From: Candidatus Woesearchaeota archaeon
Lineage (GTDB): Archaea; Nanobdellota; Nanobdellia; Woesearchaeales; GW2011-AR4
DNA length: 64,000 nt
Assembly: GCA_016188245.1 (NCBI GenBank)
Contig: JACPIE010000019.1
Span: 1,442 to 65,441, forward strand
Direction: 5' to 3'
Positions within the stretch are counted from its first letter, which is position 1; the number at the start of each line of letters is the position of its first letter. Below, one piece after another: positions 8,063 through 16,419 of the stretch. A model generated the notes under the pieces. The model did no database searches. It saw nothing but the letters and a program-made list of their open reading frames with translations, and was not told the origin of the DNA. A program made the translations under genes and the position numbers.

Positions 8063-9245
8063 CCGCTTTCAAAAACTGTTCCGCGATTATGCCATAACTG
8101 TAGTGTTTTTTAATTGCAGAAACAGAATTTTTGGACATATCCTGCCTTAGTTTACTGTTTTGAACAAGCTTTTTCAATGCTTCTTTAAGCTTTTCTTTGT
8201 CATGCTGCGGGAATTTCAGGCCGTTGCCGTAGCTTACCAGGTGGCTCAGCTGCAAATCCACCATAACAATCGGGAGCCTGCATGCCATTGCCTCCATGAT
8301 GCTGACGGAATTGTTTCCTGGCCAAATCCCAATGTCAGCCGCAGAGAAATAATTTTTTATCTCATTTTTTTTTACAAAGCCGGTGAAGATGGTATTATCT
8401 CCAATCCCCAGCTTTTTGCTTAAGTCCTTCAGCTCCTTCATGTAGTCAATATCTCCGCTGCCAACTATGAGCAATTTGATATTTTCATTACTTATTTCTG
8501 ATAAGGCTTCCAACAGGATTTCAATGCCTTTTCTTCTTACCACTATCCCGGAAAACACAAGCACAATCTCGCTTTGGCTTATTTTGAATTTTTTTCTTAT
8601 GTTCTGCCTTGCCTTGCCGCTGAATTTGAAGAAGCCAGTGTCAACCCCCAATGGGATAAGCAAAATCTTTTTAGGGCTTATCTCATGTGTTTTTACAAGG
8701 AAATCTTTTGTCTCGCTTGTCACCGCTATTATGCTGTCTGCTCTTCTTAGGCTGTAATCCACTATGGGCTTCCTGAAAATAAAATAATCCAAAAATCTTG
8801 CAGCCTTCCTCCACAATGTATGGCTAGGTATCCTGTGGTAAAAATCATGCTGGTCAACTACAAGCCTGTATCCGAGCTTTTTTTTGTACAGCGCAGCCAA
8901 TGCAGGAGTGGCCTGCCTGCTTTCATGTGCAAATACCACATCGGGCCTTATTTTTTCCAGCGTTTTTTTCAGGTCTTTCACCAAAATGAAATCCGAGTAT
9001 TCAATTATATGCGGAAGCCTGTAAACCTTGATGCCGTCCACAACGGAAAAGCCCGGTTTTCTTTTTCTTGAAGTGTCTTTAATGCCTGCCTCTTTGAGCA
9101 TGTTCTCTATGTTTGGGAAAGGGTATAGCATGTCAGAAGTAATCACATAAACGTCATGTCCTACCTCTTTGTGCTTCTTTGCCAGGTAATACTCCTGATA
9201 GCCCAGCTCAGGCACAAAATAGCCCATTAAATGAACGATTTTCAT
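8055..9245 (-). CDS. GT4-family glycosyltransferase
   Basis: The ORF track gives 8055-9269. I prefer ATG 9245 (MKIVHLMGYFVPELGYQEYY) because a TATA box is centred about 29 nt upstream of it. The C-terminal E-x7-E-like region (PGNNSVSIMEAMACRLP) is typical of GT4. Confidence 0.85.
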   Translation of the reverse strand: MKIVHLMGYFVPELGYQEYYLAKKHKEVGHDVYVITSDMLYPFPNIENMLKEAGIKDTSRKRKPGFSVVDGIKVYRLPHIIEYSDFILVKDLKKTLEKIRPDVVFAHESRQATPALAALYKKKLGYRLVVDQHDFYHRIPSHTLWRKAARFLDYFIFRKPIVDYSLRRADSIIAVTSETKDFLVKTHEISPKKILLIPLGVDTGFFKFSGKARQNIRKKFKISQSEIVLVFSGIVVRRKGIEILLEALSEISNENIKLLIVGSGDIDYMKELKDLSKKLGIGDNTIFTGFVKKNEIKNYFSAADIGIWPGNNSVSIMEAMACRLPIVMVDLQLSHLVSYGNGLKFPQHDKEKLKEALKKLVQNSKLRQDMSKNSVSAIKKHYSYGIIAEQFLKAAR

Positions 9246-9270
9246 CAGGACATGGAAAACATTTGTCATT

Positions 9271-9278
9271 TATTTAAA
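9271..9278 (-). promoter_or_regulatory. TATA box (TTTAAATA on the minus strand) for the GT4 gene
   Basis: The box centre lies about 29 nt upstream of ATG 9245. Confidence 0.45.
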
Positions 9279-9284
9279 TTTATC

Positions 9285-9300
9285 TTTTCAATATTGAAAA
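9285..9300. promoter_or_regulatory. Perfect 16-bp palindrome TTTTCAATATTGAAAA in a divergent promoter region
   Basis: The sequence reads identically on both strands. It lies immediately upstream of the minus-strand TATA box, where a BRE or operator would sit. Confidence 0.35.
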
Positions 9301-9360
9301 AAATTCAAACTGCATTTAATAAACTTCCATATAGAAAAAAATCTATTTTTTATCGGTTAA

Positions 9361-9368
9361 TTTTATAA
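9361..9368 (+). promoter_or_regulatory. TATA box (TTTTATAA) for the SDR epimerase gene
   Basis: The box centre lies about 29 nt upstream of ATG 9394. Confidence 0.45.
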
Positions 9369-9393
9369 ACAAAATGAGAAACCTAACCGCATA

Positions 9394-10302
9394 ATGGAAA
9401 TAATGGTTACAGGCGGCAGCGGCTTTATAGGCCATATTTTAGCTAGGCATCTCCTTGATGAAGGAAACAAAGTCAAGGTTATTGACGTTAATCCGATTAA
9501 ATTTACACATCCAAATCTTGAATTTGTCAGGAAATCAATCCTGGATAATATAACCAAAGACATAAAAGGCTGCGACGCAGTTTTCCATTTCGCAGCTTTG
9601 CTCGGGGTTGCAAATTCTGACAAAAGGCCGCTGGACACAATGAAAATAAACCTTGAAGGCTCTGTCAATGTATTCAAGTCGGCAATTGATGCAGGAGTCA
9701 GGCGCATGATTTATTCCTCTTCATCTGAGGTATATGGCGAGCCAAGGGAGCTGCCGATAAAGGAGGAAAGCGTTAAAGGGCCTGTCTCAACTTATGGCGT
9801 GTCAAAGCTTGCAGCAGAGATTTATGCAAAGGCATACAGCCAGGAATTCGGCGCCGACATAAGGGTTGTAAGGTTTTTTAATGTCTACGGGATTGGCCAG
9901 GAGCCAAACTGGGTTGTGCCGATTTTCATAGGCAAGGCATTAAGAAACGAGCAGATAGAAGTTTTCGGCAACGGAACTCAAACAAGATGCTTCACTTACG
10001 TTGAGGATATTGCAGATGGAGTGTTGAAAGTTTTTGAAAAAGGAAAACAAGGTGAAGCTTACAATATCGGCAACAATAACCCGACAACAATACTTGAGCT
10101 TGCAAACCTGATCAAAGAGCTGGCAAAAAGCAAATCAGAGATAAAAAAAGCCGGCTTTGGAAAAGAGACAAGGCTGAAGGAAAGGGAGATAGAATACAGG
10201 ATTCCTGACATCTCAAAGATGAAAGAATTGGGATGGCGGCCAAGGACGATGGTAAAAGAGGGGATTAAGAAAATATTGGAGAATATGAAGAAAAATCACT
10301 AA
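9394..10302 (+). CDS. NAD-dependent nucleotide-sugar epimerase/dehydratase (extended SDR, GalE-like)
   Basis: It has VTGGSGFIGHIL (GxxGxxG), the SSSSEVYG motif and the YxxxK catalytic motif (YGVSKLAAE). Confidence 0.85.
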   Translation: MEIMVTGGSGFIGHILARHLLDEGNKVKVIDVNPIKFTHPNLEFVRKSILDNITKDIKGCDAVFHFAALLGVANSDKRPLDTMKINLEGSVNVFKSAIDAGVRRMIYSSSSEVYGEPRELPIKEESVKGPVSTYGVSKLAAEIYAKAYSQEFGADIRVVRFFNVYGIGQEPNWVVPIFIGKALRNEQIEVFGNGTQTRCFTYVEDIADGVLKVFEKGKQGEAYNIGNNNPTTILELANLIKELAKSKSEIKKAGFGKETRLKEREIEYRIPDISKMKELGWRPRTMVKEGIKKILENMKKNH

Positions 10303-10655
10303 AACTTTTGATAAACAATTTTTTTGGCTTTAAAGAATCTTTTTGTTTCTGACACGGCTCTTTTTTCATGAAAACTTTTGCACGTATAAATAACTATAGA
10401 GAAAAATTTTGCATTAGCCCATATGTACACGGCGATTCCAGAATCAATCAATGGAACAAATGCGTCATAGCCTTGGTTTTCTTTTTTTCCAACGCCACCG
10501 GGAGAAAAAATTATGGGTTTTCGATAAGTTTTTAATTTTAACGCTTTAGCAATATTTTTAAAATAATTTTCAACAATTTTTCTATCTACTTTAATTTCAT
10601 AAAAACCCTCAATAAGCAATCTTTGCCTTGTTAGGTTTGGCGCTAAATTTTTCAT
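10299..10655 (-). CDS. S-adenosylmethionine decarboxylase-like (SpeH/pyruvoyl-type fold) protein
   Basis: The 118-aa ORF contains LIDSGIAVYIWANAKFFSIVIYTCKSF. This aligns by eye with the SpeH core (ESHISIHTWPE...DVFTCG), including a Ser at the self-cleavage position. Confidence 0.45.
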   Translation of the reverse strand: MKNLAPNLTRQRLLIEGFYEIKVDRKIVENYFKNIAKALKLKTYRKPIIFSPGGVGKKENQGYDAFVPLIDSGIAVYIWANAKFFSIVIYTCKSFHEKRAVSETKRFFKAKKIVYQKF

Positions 10656-10658
10656 TTG

Positions 10659-11942
10659 TCAGCTCCTCCCAATCCCGTGATAAGCAATTCCCATTGATTT
10701 TATCTTCTCTTTATCCAAACAATTCCTACCGTCTATAACTGCCAATATTTTATGCTTTTTTAAAAGATTTAAGTCCATTGCTTTGAACTCGCTGTGGTCG
10801 GTTGCAAGGATCAGATAATCGGATTTGTTCAGCAATTCATCAGCATCTTTCACATTGCTGCCATTTTTGACATGCGGGTCAAATACAAAAACATCTGCGC
10901 CTTTTGTTTTCAGCAAATTAATTATCTCGGATGCTGGACTTTCCCTCACATCGTCGACATTTGCCTTGTATGCAAGTCCAAGCACCCCGACTTTCGCATT
11001 TTTTATTGATTTTTTCAGTTTTTTCAATTCATTCTCTAAAAGTTCGACTGTGTAATGAGGCATGCTGTTGTTGATTTCCCTTGCAAGCTTCAGAAACTCG
11101 TGCTTGAACCCAATCTGCTTTGCCTTTTCGATTAGGTAATACGGATCGACTGGGATACAGTGGCCTCCGACCCCTGCTCCCGGATAATGGGGCATGAAAG
11201 CAAACGGCTTTGTTGAGGCGCCTTTAATCACTTCAATGATATCGATGCCTGCTTTGTCAAAGCTCTTTGCCATTTCGTTTATGAATGCAATGTTGACGTC
11301 TCTAAAAGTGTTCTCCATTATTTTTGTCGCTTCAGCTGCCTTCACGCTGCTAAGCTCGACAACATCAGCATTAATTATCTCCCTGTAAAATTCAGCGGCT
11401 TTTTTTGCAGCTTCTTTTGTTATTCCGCCAACGACCCTTGGAAGGTTTTCAATGGTCCATTTTTTGTTTCCCGGATCAATCCTTTCAGGGCAGTGCGCAA
11501 CCATCACATCATTTTTATATGCATCAAATTTCTGCTTTTTTAGGATAGGGACTATTATTTCCTCTATGGTTCCCGGATAAATTGTGGATTCAATTACCAG
11601 CAGAGTGCCATGTTTTATGAATTTGGATACTGCTGATGCTGATTCCATCACGGCAGTAAGATTTGGGGAATTATTTTTGTCAACAGGAGTCGGAACGCAC
11701 ACAACCACAACATCAGAGTTCGGAATGCACTCGCTTGGATTTAAAGTTGCACTTATCCTGTTTTTCAGGTCTTTCAGCTTGGCAATTAAGTATTCATCTT
11801 CAATCGGGCTCTGGCTTTTATTGATTGAATCTGATTTATTCTTATCAGTATCCAGCCCATAGACTTTGTGCCCTTTCTCCGCGCACAGGCACGCCAGCGG
11901 CAAACCGACATAGCCCAATCCGACTATGGTTATAGTTTTCAT
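10659..11942 (-). CDS. Nucleotide-sugar 6-dehydrogenase (UDP-ManNAc / UDP-Glc dehydrogenase family)
   Basis: It has MKTITIVGLGYVGLPLA and the catalytic-Cys motif GAGVGGHCIPVDPYY, plus a C-terminal UDP-binding domain. The ORF-track start 11951 is a TTG. ATG 11942 sits about 27 nt downstream of a TATA box. Confidence 0.9.
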   Translation of the reverse strand: MKTITIVGLGYVGLPLACLCAEKGHKVYGLDTDKNKSDSINKSQSPIEDEYLIAKLKDLKNRISATLNPSECIPNSDVVVVCVPTPVDKNNSPNLTAVMESASAVSKFIKHGTLLVIESTIYPGTIEEIIVPILKKQKFDAYKNDVMVAHCPERIDPGNKKWTIENLPRVVGGITKEAAKKAAEFYREIINADVVELSSVKAAEATKIMENTFRDVNIAFINEMAKSFDKAGIDIIEVIKGASTKPFAFMPHYPGAGVGGHCIPVDPYYLIEKAKQIGFKHEFLKLAREINNSMPHYTVELLENELKKLKKSIKNAKVGVLGLAYKANVDDVRESPASEIINLLKTKGADVFVFDPHVKNGSNVKDADELLNKSDYLILATDHSEFKAMDLNLLKKHKILAVIDGRNCLDKEKIKSMGIAYHGIGRS

Positions 11943-11965
11943 TTGCTCCAAAGACTCTTACTTTA

Positions 11966-11973
11966 TTTATAAA
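11966..11973 (-). promoter_or_regulatory. TATA box (TTTATAAA) for the dehydrogenase gene
   Basis: The box centre lies about 27 nt upstream of ATG 11942. Confidence 0.45.
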
Positions 11974-12156
11974 CATTTCTAGAAGGATATCTGAGATCCT
12001 AAAGTTTAAAAAATAATTCAAAAATAGGAGACCCATGCAAAGTAGAACTTGAATGAGTACCGACTTTTTAAATAGCGGTTCTTAATGCAGGATTTAATGG
12101 ACTAAAAATAAAGGACTATGCTTAAGTTAAGTGTACCATAAATTTTTCTCATAAGC

Positions 12157-12164
12157 TTTAAATA
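12157..12164 (+). promoter_or_regulatory. TATA box (TTTAAATA) for the RmlD-like gene
   Basis: The box centre lies about 27 nt upstream of ATG 12187. Confidence 0.5.
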
Positions 12165-12186
12165 TGGAAGTAAATCACTTCAAGCC

Positions 12187-12909
12187 ATGAAAGTACTGAT
12201 TACCGGAAGCAGTGGAGCTTTGGGCACATCCCTGAAAAAATCATTCAAGAATGCCTTTTGCCCTCGGCATGGGAAGATGGACATAACTGATGCCGATGAA
12301 GTTAGTAAAACTATTTTAAGCTATGAGCCGGATGTTTTGATACACGCAGCGGCATTGGTCGGCATAAGGGAATGCGAGGAAAATAAAGAAGAAGCATGGC
12401 TTACTAATGTTGAAGGCACACAAAATATTATCAATGCCCTGATAAAATCAGGCAACAACTGCTATCTCATATACACGTCGACAGCATGTGTTTTTGCCGG
12501 CGAACATAAAAAATATTATACGGAAGATGATACACCATCACCTAAAAACTATTATTCATTTACCAAATTATGCGGAGAGCTTATAACAAGGCAGTATAAA
12601 AATACCTGCATTATCAGGACTAATTTTGCGCCAAAAGAGCAATGGGAATACCCAAAAGCTTTTGTTGATAGGTTCGGAACTTATTTATTTGCCGATAACG
12701 TGGCTGAAGGCATATACGAGATTGCTGAAAAAAAGGAAAAAGGAGTAATCCACATTGCAGGTGATAAAAGGATAAGCATGCACGAGCTAGCTTTATTGGC
12801 AGGTTCCAAAAATGTGGGAAAAATGACAATGGCCGACTATGAAGGGCCTCCTTTGACAATCGATATGAGCATTTCAACAAAAAGATGGAAAAAATATAAG
12901 ATAAAATAG
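12187..12909 (+). CDS. RmlD-like sugar-nucleotide reductase (dTDP-4-dehydrorhamnose reductase family), short form
   Basis: The motifs MKVLITGSSGALG, DITD, DVLIHAAA, YTSTACVF and YSFTKLCGE (YxxxK) fit the RmlD substrate-binding-domain family. Confidence 0.6.
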   Translation: MKVLITGSSGALGTSLKKSFKNAFCPRHGKMDITDADEVSKTILSYEPDVLIHAAALVGIRECEENKEEAWLTNVEGTQNIINALIKSGNNCYLIYTSTACVFAGEHKKYYTEDDTPSPKNYYSFTKLCGELITRQYKNTCIIRTNFAPKEQWEYPKAFVDRFGTYLFADNVAEGIYEIAEKKEKGVIHIAGDKRISMHELALLAGSKNVGKMTMADYEGPPLTIDMSISTKRWKKYKIK

Positions 12910-12916
12910 TGCCAGC

Positions 12917-13867
12917 ATGACAAAAAATAAAGCTTCAGTCTTATTTACTGGAGCGGCAGGCTTTATTGGAAGCCATACAGTAGACAAGCTACTTAGCGAA
13001 GGCTATTTTGTTGTAGGCGTAGACAATCTCCTTACTGGCAAAATGGAGAATCTAAAAAACGCATTAAATAATCCAAATTTCCGTTTTATCAAAGGGAATA
13101 TACAGCACAAAAAATTTTTTAAGAATATATTTTGGGATTATAAATTTGATTATATATTTCATTACGCGGCTGTAGTTGGCGTGGAGCGCACTTTACAGAA
13201 AGGCGTATCGGTCCTGCATGACATCTATAATATGGAAAATATATGCAAATTTGCGGCAGATAATGGTGTTAAGCGTGTATTGTACTCCTCATCGTCGGAA
13301 GTTTATGGAGATCCTGTGCATTACCCTCAAAATGAGGATGATACACCTTTAAATGCAAGGCTCCCTTATGCCGCGGTAAAATCCCTTTCAGAAGTCTGGC
13401 TACAAACATACGCGGAGAAATATGGCTTTGGCCATACTATTTTTCGATTCTTCAACACATACGGGCCACGGCAGTCCCCTGATTTTGTTATGAGCAGGTT
13501 TATCATTCAGGCACTAAAAGGCTGGCCAATTACGATTTATGGCGATGGCAATCAAACCAGGACATTTTGTTATGTCAAGGATAACACCAACTTTACAACA
13601 AGTTGCCTGGCAAATGACGAAACCTGCAATACAATAATCAATGTAGGGTCCAACATTCCAATAACAATTAAGGAATTGGCGAAGTTAGTCAAAAGGCTAT
13701 CCAACTCCACATCATCAATAAATTACTTGCCCGCCAGAAAGAAAGGCGACATGAAGGGGAGGCAACCATGCATAAAGAAATTTATTAAGTGGTACCCAAA
13801 GCCATTTGTACCCTTAGAAGAAGGTATCTTAAGGACAATCAAATACTTCAAAGAGCAGGGTAATTAA
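12917..13867 (+). CDS. NAD-dependent epimerase/dehydratase (UDP-glucuronate decarboxylase-like SDR)
   Basis: It has FTGAAGFIGSH, SSSSEVYGDP, YAAVKSLSE, and the RFFNTYGPRQ motif typical of UXS/ArnA-type enzymes. Confidence 0.8.
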   Translation: MTKNKASVLFTGAAGFIGSHTVDKLLSEGYFVVGVDNLLTGKMENLKNALNNPNFRFIKGNIQHKKFFKNIFWDYKFDYIFHYAAVVGVERTLQKGVSVLHDIYNMENICKFAADNGVKRVLYSSSSEVYGDPVHYPQNEDDTPLNARLPYAAVKSLSEVWLQTYAEKYGFGHTIFRFFNTYGPRQSPDFVMSRFIIQALKGWPITIYGDGNQTRTFCYVKDNTNFTTSCLANDETCNTIINVGSNIPITIKELAKLVKRLSNSTSSINYLPARKKGDMKGRQPCIKKFIKWYPKPFVPLEEGILRTIKYFKEQGN

Positions 13868-14682
13868 ATTCCGTACAATCTTTCTATAGTTCCCCATTTA
13901 AAGTTTTTAAGCAAATGTATAATTGTTTTTCTGATATTGGATGAATAGGGTATCCATTTTGGATTAGTAATAAGAAATTTTTTTTCCAGAAAACAGGGAG
14001 GGGGCGCATGCATTTGCCACGGATGAAAAAATATAAGGGAAGAGCGCTTCTTTCTTTCTTCATACTTTATTAAATGGCTAATACTCTTGCCCAATAAGCC
14101 TAAGCAATACCCAGAGCCGTAAGGAAATTCGCCGGCAATCAGCTTTAAATTTAAATGCTTGGGAAAATATGGCTCTCTTCTCATGAATGGCATTGTAGAT
14201 ACCGGAATTTCCTTAATTCCATCAATTTCAAATGTTCGATAATGATACAGCGATGAGTCATATTTGAAATGATCCTTAATCGTAGGAAAGAGGGACCTCT
14301 TAGCATTTAATAAAGGCGCCCTGAATCCCTTTGGCTTAAAGCGGCTCAAAAATCTTCTTGATAGCTTTATCTGATTAGCCAGCTCAGCACTGTCTTCAAT
14401 AGGCAAAGGATGGTTGTATGTGTGGAAAGCAATCTCATGCCCTTTGGATTTTATTTCCTCCACAAGGGAGGGATACCAATCGTATATCTCTGCAACAACA
14501 AAGAATGTAGCCTTAGCCTTATATAAATCCAGCAAATGAAGAATCTCCTTAGTTGACTGCAGAATATGCCCGTTATCTTTTATTTTCCTCTCTTTCCCGT
14601 CTTTGGGCGATATAAACCAAAGCAGCTCATCAGAATGAATCCAGGATTCCAAATCAATAGTCATGCAATGCATTTTTGGCAA
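13864..14682 (-). CDS. Polysaccharide deacetylase (CE4 family)
   Basis: It has MTIDLESW, FFVVAEIYDWYPSLVEEIKSKGHEIAFHTYNH and FRAPLL, which are typical NodB-homology motifs. Confidence 0.7.
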   Translation of the reverse strand: MPKMHCMTIDLESWIHSDELLWFISPKDGKERKIKDNGHILQSTKEILHLLDLYKAKATFFVVAEIYDWYPSLVEEIKSKGHEIAFHTYNHPLPIEDSAELANQIKLSRRFLSRFKPKGFRAPLLNAKRSLFPTIKDHFKYDSSLYHYRTFEIDGIKEIPVSTMPFMRREPYFPKHLNLKLIAGEFPYGSGYCLGLLGKSISHLIKYEERKKRSSLIFFHPWQMHAPPPCFLEKKFLITNPKWIPYSSNIRKTIIHLLKNFKWGTIERLYGI

Positions 14683-14706
14683 GAAATAAAGTGCATATAA
14701 AAAGGT

Positions 14707-15486
14707 TTAGGGTTGCTTATTTTCGGCATTGCCAGTAATTATCTTGGCAATTCGAGTTTTTTCTTTTTTGTTAATTGTTTGATGCGCCAAATCATACCTA
14801 AGGCGAAGCAATTTGAATATCATCTTTAACGGGTCCAAGATTGTGAATTTTGAGTCCCCAACATAGTACAATTTTACAGGCACTTCCCCGATAGAATATC
14901 CACTTTTTTTTGCTTTGTATAGAATCTCCACATCAAAAATCCAGTCATTCCTCATCAGATCTGAGAACAGATCCTTGGCAACGCTGCTTTTAAAGCCTTT
15001 CAGGCCGCAAAGGCAGTCTTTTACTTTGATTTGAAACAGCACGTTAACAAACAGGTTAAAGCATTTACCTAACAGCTTCCTCACTTTTGATTCGGACGTA
15101 ATCCACTGGGATTGCTTGTGCCGTTTCATGCCAAGCACAATATCATAGGTTCCTACTTGCTCTGCTACTTTTTGTATCTCTGTCAGCGGAAATGCGCCAT
15201 CGCCGTCTATAAACACTATTTTTCTGCCGGCAGAGTTCATGATGCCTGTCCTAACTGCCCAGCCCTTGCCTTTGTTTTTATCATGGTTTATTATTCTTAA
15301 TTTTGAAGCATATTTATCTAGAATTTGTGAAGTATTGTCAGTGGACCCGTCATTTACAACTATGACCTCTTTCGTGCTGTCCTTGGAGAATAATCCTGCA
15401 ATTTCAGAAAGAAATTTATCGGCAGTTTTACCTCCGTTATAAATCGGCACTATGATTGAAAGATCTTTGCTCATTGGATTAACCAT
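14707..15486 (-). CDS. GT2-family glycosyltransferase (dolichyl-phosphate sugar synthase-like)
   Basis: It has LSIIVPIYNGG, VIVVNDGSTDNT, KNKGKGWAVRTG and the DxD motif FIDGDG. An internal start at M5 is possible. Confidence 0.85.
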   Translation of the reverse strand: MVNPMSKDLSIIVPIYNGGKTADKFLSEIAGLFSKDSTKEVIVVNDGSTDNTSQILDKYASKLRIINHDKNKGKGWAVRTGIMNSAGRKIVFIDGDGAFPLTEIQKVAEQVGTYDIVLGMKRHKQSQWITSESKVRKLLGKCFNLFVNVLFQIKVKDCLCGLKGFKSSVAKDLFSDLMRNDWIFDVEILYKAKKSGYSIGEVPVKLYYVGDSKFTILDPLKMIFKLLRLRYDLAHQTINKKEKTRIAKIITGNAENKQP

Positions 15487-15653
15487 TTTTTATGGTATTG
15501 GCAGATGCTTCTGCAATTTGGAAGCCCATTTTGGTGGTTAGATTATAAACTTTACCATGGGGTTGCTGCACCAGCCGGCATATGGCAGATATTTTTTACA
15601 TGTCGGAAACGCAAATTTTATAGTATTCAATAGCTACGATTTCCGAGCATGCT

Positions 15654-15687
15654 CAAAAACACGCTACGTACGTGCGTAGTGTTTTTG
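15654..15687 (-). terminator. Stem-loop 11 nt downstream of the methyltransferase stop codon
   Basis: The sequence is CAAAAACAC-GC-TACG / TACGTG / CGTA-GTGTTTTTG. That gives a 13-bp stem with a 2-nt bulge and a 6-nt loop, and the 3' arm on the minus-strand RNA contains a U5 run. Confidence 0.35.
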
Positions 15688-15697
15688 ACAAATTATG

Positions 15698-16408
15698 TCA
15701 AAATATTATAAGTAAATGGCTCCTATTTGGAAGTATAGTCAATCTTGTGTTTAATATCTGGGCACTTAAATCAAGCTCCTTGATTAATTCATTTATTTTG
15801 CCGATTGGAAGCACTAAAAGCCCATTTTCTGAACGAAGTTTGTGGTATTCTGAAGCCCTTTTCTCATATAAGCCCTTAATGCTTTCAAACAGGTTTTTCT
15901 CCATTATTCCCGACTTAAGAATGCCGATTGCATCATGCAGTACTCCTTTTCTTGTTGGAATATCCGCAATCAGGAACTTGGAGCCCCGCAAAGCTATTTT
16001 TCTCACATTTTCTATAAGTTTTCTTACATCTCCAATGCCGCTATAGTATTGTATTACGCTCAGGCATATTATCTTGGTGAACTTTTTGCCTTTAAGAAAT
16101 GAAAAGTCAGTGTAATTTTTACGGCCTAATTTATGAAAAAATAGATTATTGGAATTTTTGAATTTCTTTTTGCATAAATTTATATTATGCTGCGATGTAT
16201 CCAGGCAATGCATTTCTTTTACTATTCCTTTGAGGCAGTCTGCCAGATATCCCGGGCCACAGCCTATATCCAAAACAATGTCATTCTCATTATAGTCAAG
16301 CAAAGACTCTGTGCCTCTGATGAAAATCTCCATGCTTTTCCACATATCCTTGTCATGGAGGGGGGCATTACAATCCCAGTAATCAACCCAGTTAGTTAAT
16401 TTTTTCAT
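15698..16408 (-). CDS. Class I SAM-dependent methyltransferase
   Basis: It has motif I VLDIGCGPGYLA. The 236-aa ORF sits tight against the upstream GT-C gene. Confidence 0.8.
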   Translation of the reverse strand: MKKLTNWVDYWDCNAPLHDKDMWKSMEIFIRGTESLLDYNENDIVLDIGCGPGYLADCLKGIVKEMHCLDTSQHNINLCKKKFKNSNNLFFHKLGRKNYTDFSFLKGKKFTKIICLSVIQYYSGIGDVRKLIENVRKIALRGSKFLIADIPTRKGVLHDAIGILKSGIMEKNLFESIKGLYEKRASEYHKLRSENGLLVLPIGKINELIKELDLSAQILNTRLTILPNRSHLLIIF

Positions 16409-16419
16409 TTTTGAGGCAC

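Noticed and set aside
11845-12036. A 63-aa ORF spanning the divergent promoter region between the dehydrogenase and the RmlD-like gene.
   Set aside because: It overlaps the dehydrogenase N terminus and its TATA box and has no motif or start signal. It is most likely non-coding. I also looked in this 235-nt gap for a tRNA or small RNA and saw no cloverleaf or C/D-box pattern.
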